DNA of 64,000 nucleotides from Thermoanaerobaculia bacterium (GTDB lineage Bacteria; Acidobacteriota; Thermoanaerobaculia; UBA5066): NCBI GenBank assembly GCA_963816185.1, contig CAWFJJ010000028.1, positions 160,001 to 224,000 of the forward strand, read 5' to 3'. Shown piece by piece: positions 15,481 to 23,580 of this stretch (position 1 is its first letter; each line of letters starts with the position of its first letter). The notes under the pieces were generated by a model. It saw only the letters and a program-made list of their open reading frames with translations, ran no database searches and was not told where the DNA came from. The position numbers and the translations under genes were made by a program.

Positions 15481-16362
15481 TCAGTGCGCCGTCTCGCCGC
15501 CCCACTCGCGCGCGATCGCCCGATAGACGTCCTCGTCGAGCGCGTGCGCATGGGCAGGCTCGGGGAAGCGCCCTGTGCGGACGTCTTCGACGTAGGCGGC
15601 GAATGCCCGCGCCATCTCTTCGTGGAGGCTCGCATACTGCTTGACGAACTTCGGCGCGAAGCCGTCGGTCAGGCCGAGGAGGTCGTGCGTCACGAGGACC
15701 TGGCCATCGCATGCGGCGCCGGCGCCGATTCCGATCGTGGGGATCGAGAGGCGGCGCGTGATGAGGCCGGCGAGCCGGTCCGGGATCGCCTCGAGGACGA
15801 GCGCGTGACAGCCCGCATCCTCGAGGGCGTGCGCGTCCTCGACGAGGCTTCGCGCCGCGGCGGCCGACTTGCCCTGGGTCCTGAAGCCGCCGAGCTGGTT
15901 CACTTTCTGCGGCGTTAGGCCGATGTGGCCCACGACCGGGATTCCCGCGCCCACGAGCGCCCGGACCGCCGGCACGACCTCGCGACCGCCTTCCAGCTTC
16001 ACGGCGTTCATGCCGCCTTCCTTCAGGAATCGGCCCGCATTCCGCACGGCGTCGCCGACCGAGGCCTGGTACGAGAGAAACGGCATGTCGCCGACGAGAT
16101 GCGCGACCTTCGCGCCGCGCGCGACGGCTTTCGCGTGATGGAGCATCTCCTCCATCGTCACGGGCAGCGTGTTGTCGTACCCGAGGACGACCATTCCGAG
16201 CGAATCGCCCACGAGGATCGAGTCCACGCCTGCGAGGTCGAGGGCGCGGGCCGTGGGGAAGTCGTACGCGGTGAGCATCGTGATCGGCTCGCCGCGCTCC
16301 TTCTTCGCCCGGAGCGTGTGAAGAGTGATCTTTCGCTGGGGAGAGGGAGCTATCGTGGACAT
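15481..16362 (-). CDS. panB: 3-methyl-2-oxobutanoate hydroxymethyltransferase
   Basis: MLTAYD, LVGDSLG, GDMPF, VKLEGG, GHIGLTPQ, IGIGAG, DGQVLV. Confidence 0.96.
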   Translation of the reverse strand: MSTIAPSPQRKITLHTLRAKKERGEPITMLTAYDFPTARALDLAGVDSILVGDSLGMVVLGYDNTLPVTMEEMLHHAKAVARGAKVAHLVGDMPFLSYQASVGDAVRNAGRFLKEGGMNAVKLEGGREVVPAVRALVGAGIPVVGHIGLTPQKVNQLGGFRTQGKSAAAARSLVEDAHALEDAGCHALVLEAIPDRLAGLITRRLSIPTIGIGAGAACDGQVLVTHDLLGLTDGFAPKFVKQYASLHEEMARAFAAYVEDVRTGRFPEPAHAHALDEDVYRAIAREWGGETAH

Positions 16363-16416
16363 GGCTATCTTCTCCGTGGAAGTAAGACGCCTTTCGAAAA
16401 GATCTCGAGCAGCCGA

Positions 16417-16448
16417 CGCGTCCGGGTCGCGTGACACGATCCCGGCGC
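16417..16448 (-). ncRNA. pan-motif-like leader hairpin upstream of panB
   Basis: Minus strand GCG-CCGGG-A-UCGUG-UCA-CGCGA-CCCGG-A-CGC, a stem with two bulged A residues, just downstream of a candidate promoter. Confidence 0.55.
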
Positions 16449-16455
16449 AGAAACG

Positions 16456-16484
16456 ATGATAGCCCCTGCACTATGCCCCGTCCA
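16456..16484 (-). promoter_or_regulatory. Candidate sigma70 promoter for the pan/coa operon
   Basis: Minus strand TGGACG-N17-TATCAT, placing the transcription start near 16449. Confidence 0.45.
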
Positions 16485-16817
16485 CGAGCCGGGGTCGTAT
16501 TCTTCCTACGCCTGCCGGAATCGCGACCCGTCATGTCTTCTCGCCCTTCGAAGGAAGCATCATTCAAGTCATTTAGAATCAATTGTTTGAGTAAATCGCC
16601 TCCTCTGGCGATCTCTCCTTCTAAGAATCTTCCCTTCTTCCCCTCGCCTCATTAGGAAGCGAGCCACCGGTGCATGTACAGCATTCCGCTGCCCTGATGC
16701 ATCTTCGTCAGTCGATTTTTCTCTTGACATAGCTCCTTTCGTGAAACAATTCCGTCAGGTTCAGCTTGGGGTACCAGACCCGTGGTCCATGCGGGCGCGG
16801 TCCCTAGGGAGTCGTCC

Positions 16818-17444
16818 ATGGCAGCGTGGGACACGACGGAAGGCATGGGGCTGACGCCGGCTCTCGCCGGTGGTGGTTCGATGGCTGAAGCGTCGGTCCT
16901 GCGGGCCGTTCTCTCCGACGAGATTCCCGTCTCGGATGACGTCTCCTCCGAGGCCGCGGGCATCACGCCCGGCGAGTGGGACTGGACGGCGCTGAACAAC
17001 GTGCTCCGCCCGAAGCTCATCGGCCTCGCGGTGAGGAAGTACAACTTCAGCCACGAAGAGGCGGAAGACGCCGTCCAGACGGTCTACATGCGCGTTCTCG
17101 CACGCGATCCGCGCGTGAAAGACCCGATCGGCTACGTCAAGATCGCGTTCCTCAACACCTGCCTGAACATCGCGATGGCGAAAGAGCGCAGCGTCCAGCA
17201 GATGCCGGAGGAGATGGACGTGCCGGACCCGAAGTGCGAGCGCGTCACCGCGCGCCTCGAGGCCGTGCGCATGGTCAACAAGGCGATCCGCAGCGCCGGG
17301 CCGAAGTGCAAGCGCATCGTGCGGCTCTACTTCGGGCAGGAATACAGCCTGGCCGACATGACGAAGGCCACGGGCTACTCCAAGAAGACCGTCTGGAAGC
17401 GCATCTGGGGCTGCCTCGACAAGATGCGGAAGGTGCTCGCGTGA
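16818..17444 (+). CDS. ECF-type RNA polymerase sigma factor
   Basis: Region 2 (LIGLAVRKYNFSHEEAEDAVQTVY) and region 4 HTH (CKRIVRLYFGQEYSLADMTKATGYSKKTVWKRI). RBS agggag precedes ATG 16818. Confidence 0.8.
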   Translation: MAAWDTTEGMGLTPALAGGGSMAEASVLRAVLSDEIPVSDDVSSEAAGITPGEWDWTALNNVLRPKLIGLAVRKYNFSHEEAEDAVQTVYMRVLARDPRVKDPIGYVKIAFLNTCLNIAMAKERSVQQMPEEMDVPDPKCERVTARLEAVRMVNKAIRSAGPKCKRIVRLYFGQEYSLADMTKATGYSKKTVWKRIWGCLDKMRKVLA

Positions 17445-18880
17445 GCGCAGAATTCAAGCCTGCCGCGTCTTCCTGCCCCGAGCAGTGGGAGCTTTTCGAG
17501 CTCGTGACCGAGGGCTCGACGGAGCTGAACGCGCATGTGAAAGCCCACGTCACGGCGGGCTGCCCGTCGTGCGGGAAGCACCTCGACGACATCCGCACGC
17601 TCTCGAGGGCGCGCGAGATGAAGGAAGAGTTCGACGCCTTCTTCGAAGAGCTGCCCCAGGACGACGCCCCGCCCACGGAGCGCGAGGAGTTTCTCCTCAA
17701 GTTCAAGAAGAAGAACCGCCCCGCCGACCGCCTCGGCCGCCTCGCCCACGACGGCCGCCAGCTCGCGGCCGAGATCGTGAAGGCGGTTTCGGAAGAAGGC
17801 CTCGAAAAGGCGAAAGAGCTGCTCGGGAAGATCGAAGCGGATCCGAGCCGCGGATACGCGTACCTGTACGCGTGCCAGCTGGCAATGCCGAAAACGTCCA
17901 GCAACCCGCCGATGTACGTCGAGTTTGCGAAGGCGATATCGGAAACGACCCGGAGCCTCCCGTACCTTAAGGACAAGGGACCCGCTCAGCCCGTCTGCCG
18001 CGAGCAGGTAGCCGGCGAGGCGGCGCTCTTGAAAGCAAACGCGCTGACCTACCTGGCGCTGTGCGCCGAGGCAATTGACGCAGCGCGAGAAGCTCGCCTG
18101 AGCTTTGTCGCGGCGGGTGAGGACAGTTTTGCGCTCGCCCTAGCGGACTACTTCGAGGGACTCGCGGTCACGTTCTCTGGTGATTTCGCTGTCGCGTGGC
18201 GGCTCCTGAAATCAGCTCGTTCTGAATTCAATCTTTATGGGCAAGAGAACTGGCAGGGGAGAGCTCATGCGGCGCTCGGACTCTTGGTTCTGGGCCGCGG
18301 GAAGTGCGCCTCGGCCCTACATTTCTTCGACGAGGCTCTTCGAGTACTTCACCCCGATCAGGACGGCACGGCCTACGCCGCAACTCTTGTGAATCGGGGC
18401 TATGCCTTGGTCAAGGTTGGTCGGTTGGATGCAGCGAAGGCGACGTATGCGCGCGCGCTTATGCACGCCCGTCGGTTCCAGATGAACCATCCTCTTCTCA
18501 CGATTCGCTTCGGCTTGGCCTCGATCGAACTGCTCCGGGGCAATGTCGTTCGGGCGCTCGGAGGATTCGAGAGGATGGCCCACGATGCCGCGGAGATGGG
18601 TTTCAACGAGCAAGTACTCGGCGCTCAGCTGCGGATCGCCGAGTGCTTGTCACGTCTCGGCCGTGGCGACGAAGTGGAGCGCCGCGTTCAAGAGATTCGT
18701 CAGTCCGCCTTCAAGGTTTCGCTCGAGAATGATCTGGCGTTCCGCGAGCTTTTCGAAAGCATCGATGAGGATCGAGCTTCCTCGGAGATGATCGCCTACA
18801 TCGCAGACTACTTCGAGGGCAGAAACCGCGGTGTTCGCACAGCCTACAAACCGTTCCGGCTGGTGGCGAACGGAAGTTGA
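17441..18880 (+). CDS. Zn-finger (anti-sigma-like) N-terminus plus TPR-repeat protein
   Basis: GTG start overlaps the sigma stop (GTGA). C..HVTAGCPSC resembles the ZAS motif. TPR-like helices: GRAHAALG, AATLVNRGYALVKVGRLDAAKATYARAL, IAECLSRLGR. No clear TM segment. Confidence 0.7.
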   Translation: MSAEFKPAASSCPEQWELFELVTEGSTELNAHVKAHVTAGCPSCGKHLDDIRTLSRAREMKEEFDAFFEELPQDDAPPTEREEFLLKFKKKNRPADRLGRLAHDGRQLAAEIVKAVSEEGLEKAKELLGKIEADPSRGYAYLYACQLAMPKTSSNPPMYVEFAKAISETTRSLPYLKDKGPAQPVCREQVAGEAALLKANALTYLALCAEAIDAAREARLSFVAAGEDSFALALADYFEGLAVTFSGDFAVAWRLLKSARSEFNLYGQENWQGRAHAALGLLVLGRGKCASALHFFDEALRVLHPDQDGTAYAATLVNRGYALVKVGRLDAAKATYARALMHARRFQMNHPLLTIRFGLASIELLRGNVVRALGGFERMAHDAAEMGFNEQVLGAQLRIAECLSRLGRGDEVERRVQEIRQSAFKVSLENDLAFRELFESIDEDRASSEMIAYIADYFEGRNRGVRTAYKPFRLVANGS

Positions 18881-18958
18881 TCGTTCTGTAGACATCGTTC
18901 ATAGACAGGGGGCAGAGGTGCCAAGAAATCGGGTACCTCAAGAAAGTTCTTATCAGAA

Positions 18959-19002
18959 GGGGGTCAAACGTGTGCCCCCGTCTGTCCGTGTATATAGCCC
19001 AC
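18959..19002 (+). promoter_or_regulatory. 44-bp motif copy A (candidate ECF promoter/operator) upstream of the peptide gene
   Basis: gggggtcaaacgtgtgcccccgtctgtccgtgtatatagcccac; 33/44 identical, ungapped, to 19340-19383. Confidence 0.55.
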
Positions 19003-19069
19003 AGCTGAACAATCGCAGCACTAACCAATTGTTGGCAACTTGGTAACCCAGGTAGGCCAGGGAGGACGT

Positions 19070-19201
19070 ATGGATTTCGACTTCGGCTTCGGTTCGTTCT
19101 TGTATTTCATTGACTGGTTTGGGTTTGGCAGCTCAGCGGAAAGCGTCTCGACGACGACTATCGGCGGTAACAAGGTCTCCACGACGACTATCGGCGGCTG
19201 A
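19070..19201 (+). CDS. 43-aa peptide with internal repeats, MDFDFGFGSFLYFIDWFGFGSSAESVSTTTIGGNKVSTTTIGG
   Basis: Strong RBS gggagga just before ATG 19070; TGA at 19199-19201. VSTTTIGG occurs twice and the copies differ only at synonymous positions (tcg/tcc, ggt/ggc). FGFGS also occurs twice. Confidence 0.7.
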   Translation: MDFDFGFGSFLYFIDWFGFGSSAESVSTTTIGGNKVSTTTIGG

Positions 19202-19339
19202 CAACTAACTCCCAATAGCTGCCCAACAGGCTGGCTTGACTGGCTCTGTGTTAGGTGTGTTTGCGCGTGAAAACGCGTGTTTTCGTGTTCTTGGGTAAGA
19301 TTTGCATATGAATTGGGTGTCAAAAATATTTTCTTGGGA

Positions 19340-19383
19340 GGGGGTCAAAGGCGCGCCCCTGGCTGTCTCTACTAATAGCCCAC
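19340..19383 (+). promoter_or_regulatory. 44-bp motif copy B
   Basis: gggggtcaaaggcgcgcccctggctgtctctactaatagcccac; same blocks and spacing as copy A. Confidence 0.55.
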
Positions 19384-19484
19384 CCTTAGGGCGCCCTCAA
19401 GCAATTTCAGATCGTTAATCCAGGAAGTGAACCTCTGGCTCACCTTGGTCGGTAACGTCGGCTCTGAGGCGAGTGTGTTCGCCC

Positions 19485-19868
19485 TCACCCCGCGTACTGC
19501 GCGATGCCGTTTCCGAATGACCAGTTCTCCTTGGGGACCTCGACGAGGTTCACGAGGACGTCTTCCTTCCGCATGCCGGGGTTCTTCGCGAGGTTCTCCG
19601 CGATCCGGGCGTAGAAGGCCTTCTTCATCTCGAGGGTCCGGCCCAGGTTCAGAGTGACCTCGATGAAGACGACGTCGTCGGTGCGTTTGACGCCGAGGTA
19701 ACCGGCGTCGTAGATGAGGCCGCCGGCGGGGTGCTCTGTGATGACCTGGAAGCGGTCGTCGGCGGGGACGTTGATCGTCGCGAGCATCGCGTCGAAGACG
19801 CCGTCGGCGATGGCCTTGATGTAAGCCGGTGGCTTACCCGCGCGAAGGGAGATGTGGACGAGCGGCAT
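19485..19868 (-). CDS. Tautomerase superfamily protein (MSAD/YusQ-like)
   Basis: Catalytic Pro1 (MPLVHISL), VPADDRFQ, ENWSFGNG. Confidence 0.85.
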   Translation of the reverse strand: MPLVHISLRAGKPPAYIKAIADGVFDAMLATINVPADDRFQVITEHPAGGLIYDAGYLGVKRTDDVVFIEVTLNLGRTLEMKKAFYARIAENLAKNPGMRKEDVLVNLVEVPKENWSFGNGIAQYAG

Positions 19869-19915
19869 GGGGCCTCCTGTGGCCCGAACGTTACCGCTCC
19901 CGGGCGCGCCGCGCC

Positions 19916-20317
19916 TCAGTCTTCTATCAACTTATGCCCCGCGAGCGTGAGCGCCGCGATCGCCTCGTTCAGGGAAGTCTTCTTGACGAGGATGTAATCC
20001 GTGTCGAACGTCGAGACCGCGAAGAGGCTGATTTTTGCATCGGCAAGCGGCTTTGCGACGGAAACGAGGACCCCTACGACATCGAGCGGGAACGGGCCGT
20101 GGAGCTTCAGGAGGGCCCAGCCGCGCGCGACCCGCAGGTCGAAGCCGTCGAGGTTCGGCGGGAGGCGCCGCTCGTCGCAGACGATCGACAGCTCGTCGGC
20201 CGTCCGGGTGATCGACGTGAACGTCTTGCCGGCCCATGTCGGAAGGGGAGCCTTCGCAGACAGGCGGCAGATGGCGTACGTGCCGGGAATCACGGAGAAG
20301 CGCTGTCCCGGTTTCAT
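19916..20317 (-). CDS. Tandem ACT-domain protein (CASTOR/GATS-like)
   Basis: SITRTADELSIVC, VGVLVSVAKPLADAKISLFAVSTFDTDYILV. Confidence 0.85.
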   Translation of the reverse strand: MKPGQRFSVIPGTYAICRLSAKAPLPTWAGKTFTSITRTADELSIVCDERRLPPNLDGFDLRVARGWALLKLHGPFPLDVVGVLVSVAKPLADAKISLFAVSTFDTDYILVKKTSLNEAIAALTLAGHKLIED

Positions 20318-20329
20318 CTCGGCAAGATC

Positions 20330-20764
20330 TCAGGGCGATGCGAAGGGGTTGCGGATGCGCAACGCTCCGAAGGCCTGCCCGGTGTTGAGGTCTTCCGACC
20401 AGATCGTCCGGCAGCCTAGCCGGCGGGCGCTCTGAAGAATGAGGGCATCCCACAGGGAAATGCGTTTGCGTCGATGCAAGTCGATGGCCGCGAGGACGTC
20501 CGCTCGAACGGGCTCGTGAAGAATCCAGTGCGAGAGGTCTTCGATGAGCGCGGCGGCTCCCGCCGCCGGCATCGGCCTCGAGACCTTGCGGGTGATCGTG
20601 ACGAAGAGCTCCTGCAAGACCTGAAGGCTGAGACAGCCGCGCCCGGAGCGCCACAGACCGGCCACGAGCTCTCGCGCCTGCGCTGCTTTCGCCCCCGCGC
20701 TTGCGTCGTACGCGTAGACCAGGACGTTCGTATCGACGAACTCCCGGGCCGGCTCAGCGCTCAT
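20330..20764 (-). CDS. PIN-domain toxin (VapC-like)
   Basis: FVDTNVLVYA, QVLQEL, SLWDALI, WSEDL. Confidence 0.9.
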   Translation of the reverse strand: MSAEPAREFVDTNVLVYAYDASAGAKAAQARELVAGLWRSGRGCLSLQVLQELFVTITRKVSRPMPAAGAAALIEDLSHWILHEPVRADVLAAIDLHRRKRISLWDALILQSARRLGCRTIWSEDLNTGQAFGALRIRNPFASP

Positions 20765-21002
20765 GGAGCGAGTCGCGGGTCCACATGGCCTGACCCCGGG
20801 TTCCCAGATTCACGGGGCGTGTGAGCCGCGCGAGCGCCCGCTCGCGAGCCGCGGCGTAAGCGTCCTCGCGCTCGACGATGTCTTCCAGCATGCCAGCGAG
20901 AAGCGCCGAGACGGAGGTCTGCCGTTCGACGGCGAGGATCTTCACCTTTCTCAGCACGGGCTTTGGAAGCGCGAGCGTGATGTTCTGAATGACCGCCTTC
21001 AC
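20754..21002 (-). CDS. Ribbon-helix-helix antitoxin (VapB-like)
   Basis: NITLALPKPVLRKVKILAVERQTSVSALL; overlaps the PIN gene start. Confidence 0.8.
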   Translation of the reverse strand: MKAVIQNITLALPKPVLRKVKILAVERQTSVSALLAGMLEDIVEREDAYAAARERALARLTRPVNLGTRGQAMWTRDSLHER

Positions 21003-21067
21003 GCGAAAGAGTGTATCACGCGTTCACGTGAAACGGATCGAGTAACCCGCTGGAGTGACGAAGGTCG

Positions 21068-21754
21068 TCATCCCCCGGACGCGGGCTCGGCCGGGCGGGG
21101 GCCCATGTGGTGCTTGATCATCTCGCCCTCGGCGATGTAGATCGCTTCCTCGCCGATGTTCGTCGCGAGGTCGCCGACGCGCTCGAGGTTCTTCGAGACG
21201 CTCATGATCTCGATCGAAGCGCTGATGAGCGCCGGGTTCTCGACCATGTACGTCAGGAGCTCGCGGATGATGGACTTGTTCTTCTCGTCGAGGATGTCGT
21301 CGCGCTTGCAGACTTCGAGAGCGAGCGCGCTGTCCTTCCGGATGAAGGCATCCAGCGACTCCTTCAGCATGCCCCGCGCGATCTCGGCCATGTGGGGGAT
21401 GTCGATCCACGGCTTGAACGGGCGAAAGCGCGACAGCCGCTCGGCGCCCTCGGCGATGTTCACGGCGTGATCGCCGATGCGCTCGAGGTCGGCGTTGATC
21501 TTGAGGGCCGAGACGAGCAGGCGGAGGTCCCCGGCGACGGGCTGCTGCAACGCGAGGAGGTCGATCGCGTCCTCGTCGTTCTTGATCTCCATCTGGTCGA
21601 TCACCTTGTCGCGCTCGATGACTTTCCGCGCCTTCGCGGCGTCGGCCTCGACGAGCGCCTCGACCGCGAGGCGGATCTGGTTCTCGACTTCCGCGCCCAT
21701 GCCGATGAGCTGCCGGCGCAGGTTCTCGAGCTTCTCGCCGAAATGTTCTTTCAT
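21068..21754 (-). CDS. phoU: Phosphate signalling regulator PhoU
   Basis: QQPVAGDLR, DLERIGDHAVNIA, NLERVGDLATNIGE. Confidence 0.95.
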   Translation of the reverse strand: MKEHFGEKLENLRRQLIGMGAEVENQIRLAVEALVEADAAKARKVIERDKVIDQMEIKNDEDAIDLLALQQPVAGDLRLLVSALKINADLERIGDHAVNIAEGAERLSRFRPFKPWIDIPHMAEIARGMLKESLDAFIRKDSALALEVCKRDDILDEKNKSIIRELLTYMVENPALISASIEIMSVSKNLERVGDLATNIGEEAIYIAEGEMIKHHMGPRPAEPASGG

Positions 21755-23580
21755 GAGGTCTCCTTCGTGCGTTCGAGGGCCACGTCCCGCGGGACCGCCG
21801 CCGGCAGCGTGACGGTGAAGCGGCTGCCCTTGCCGGATTCCGAGTCCACGCGGATCGTGCCCCCGTGGAGGATGAGGAGGTGCTTCACGATGGCGAGCCC
21901 GAGGCCCGTGCCCGGGATCGACTTCGCGCGCGACGGGTCGACGCGGTAGAAGCGCTGGAAGATGCGGTCCTGCTGCGAGCGCGGGATGCCGATGCCGCGA
22001 TCGACGACGTGGACGACCACAGGGGACGCGGCGGCCGGGCCGCCCGGCGGTCCCCCCTCCGCGAGGACGTCCACCCGCTGGCCGGAGGGGGAGAACTTGA
22101 CGGCGTTGTCGACGAGGTTGCGGAACACCTGGGAGAGGCGGCGGCGGTCCCCGACGATCTCGAGATTCTCGCCTGCCTCGACCGCGACCGTCACGCCCCG
22201 CGCCTCGGAAACCGGGGCGAGGTCTCGCACCACGGAGGCGAGGAGCGGCAGCAGCGAGATGCGTTCGAGAGAGAGCGTCACGGCGCCGGACTCGATCTGC
22301 GAGAGGTCGGTGAGATCCGAGACGAGCGCCTCCATCTCCGACGATTGCCGCTCGAGAATGCCGATGAGCCGCGCGAGATCGGGAGGGAGGTCGTTCTCGC
22401 CGGCGAGCGTCTCGACGGCCGCGCGGATCGCCGCGACCGGGGTCCGGAGCTCGTGGGAGACGTCCGAGACGAAGCGCCGCCGCATCGTCTCCGTGCGCTC
22501 GCGTTCGGTCGCGTCCCGAACGACCCCCACCGCGGCGGGCTCGCCGGCCCCGCCACCGTGCGGGACGGCGCGGACGTTGATCTCGAGGACCTGCTCGGGT
22601 GCGGTCTCCCCGCCGAGGCGCAGGACGGCCGTCTCGTCGGTCGAGCCCTCGCCCTGGACGCGGGCCGCGAAGAGGCGGAGCGTTTCCGGGTCGCGCACGA
22701 GGTCTACGAGCGCGCGCCGCGGCGCGCCCGCGGGCGCGCGAAGCAGGGTGAGCACGGCCGGGTTCGCGTCGAGGAGCGCGAGGGTCCGATCCACCACGAG
22801 GAGGCCGACGGGGACCTGCTCGAAGACGGTCCGCGCGAGGAGGCGCGCTTTTTCGCTACCCTCGCGCTCGGCCGCGACGAGGCGCGCGAAGCGGGCGAGC
22901 GCGACGAAGACCTCCTGCGTCTCCTCCGAGCCGCTCGCGGGCGGGTGGGGATGGCGGCCGGCCGCGGCCTCGGCGACGCCCGCATTCACGCGCTCGAGGT
23001 CGCGCGCGTGCCGGTGCCGGATGAACGTGACGAGGACGGCGACGATGAGCCCGGCGAGAACGGAGACCTGCAGGAGCGTCCGCCGGAACGGCGCCTCGAG
23101 CGCGTCGAGGTCGTTCTGGCTCATCGCGAGGCGGACGTAGCCGATCGGGCTCGCCTCCTCCCCTACGCGGCGCGCGACGTAAACGAACGGGTCGTGAACC
23201 GTCGCGGACGTGCGCGCGCCGAAGCCCACGAGGCCGTGGCGCGCCGCGAGGACCTCCGGACGCGACGCGTGGTTCTCGACGCGCTCGAGCCGATCGGGAG
23301 GGACCTCGCTGTCGGCGATCACGGTCCCGTCCGCTTCGATGAGCGTGAGGCGCGCGCCGGCCTGCCGCGCCGCGAGGCCGACGCGGTCCTGCGCGGCGGT
23401 CCGCGTCTTCAGGTCGGCCTCGAACTCGGGCGCGACGCGCTCGAGCATGAGGACGAGGTCGCGCCGGCTGTGCTCTCGCACGGCGCCGTCGAGGACGCGC
23501 CCGAGCGCGATCGCGAAGGCGACGCCGAGAACGAGGCCGGCGAGCGCGGGCAGGGCCGCGCGGCGGAGGAGGGGAGTCAT
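21751..23580 (-). CDS. phoR: Phosphate sensor histidine kinase
   Basis: Two TM segments, ENHASRPE periplasmic motif, PAS-like region, FVSDVSHELRTP, NLVDNAVKF, GTGLGLAIVKH. Confidence 0.9.
   Translation of the reverse strand: MTPLLRRAALPALAGLVLGVAFAIALGRVLDGAVREHSRRDLVLMLERVAPEFEADLKTRTAAQDRVGLAARQAGARLTLIEADGTVIADSEVPPDRLERVENHASRPEVLAARHGLVGFGARTSATVHDPFVYVARRVGEEASPIGYVRLAMSQNDLDALEAPFRRTLLQVSVLAGLIVAVLVTFIRHRHARDLERVNAGVAEAAAGRHPHPPASGSEETQEVFVALARFARLVAAEREGSEKARLLARTVFEQVPVGLLVVDRTLALLDANPAVLTLLRAPAGAPRRALVDLVRDPETLRLFAARVQGEGSTDETAVLRLGGETAPEQVLEINVRAVPHGGGAGEPAAVGVVRDATERERTETMRRRFVSDVSHELRTPVAAIRAAVETLAGENDLPPDLARLIGILERQSSEMEALVSDLTDLSQIESGAVTLSLERISLLPLLASVVRDLAPVSEARGVTVAVEAGENLEIVGDRRRLSQVFRNLVDNAVKFSPSGQRVDVLAEGGPPGGPAAASPVVVHVVDRGIGIPRSQQDRIFQRFYRVDPSRAKSIPGTGLGLAIVKHLLILHGGTIRVDSESGKGSRFTVTLPAAVPRDVALERTKETS

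Noticed and set aside
16724-16750. TTGACA...AACAAT promoter for the ECF sigma gene
   Set aside because: Only a 15-bp spacer and a weak -10; not supportable. The same applies to TTGACA at 63936, which is part of an inverted repeat.
19021-19323. 100-aa minus-strand ORF with PPIVVVETL x2
   Set aside because: Antisense shadow of the 43-aa plus-strand peptide, which has the RBS and is co-oriented with the sigma/TPR genes.
19427-19657. Plus-strand ORF after motif copy B
   Set aside because: Weak RBS, mostly overlaps the tautomerase gene antisense, no repeat or motif.
20330-21002. VapBC pair as part of a defence island
   Set aside because: An ordinary stand-alone type II toxin-antitoxin pair with no other defence or mobility genes adjacent.
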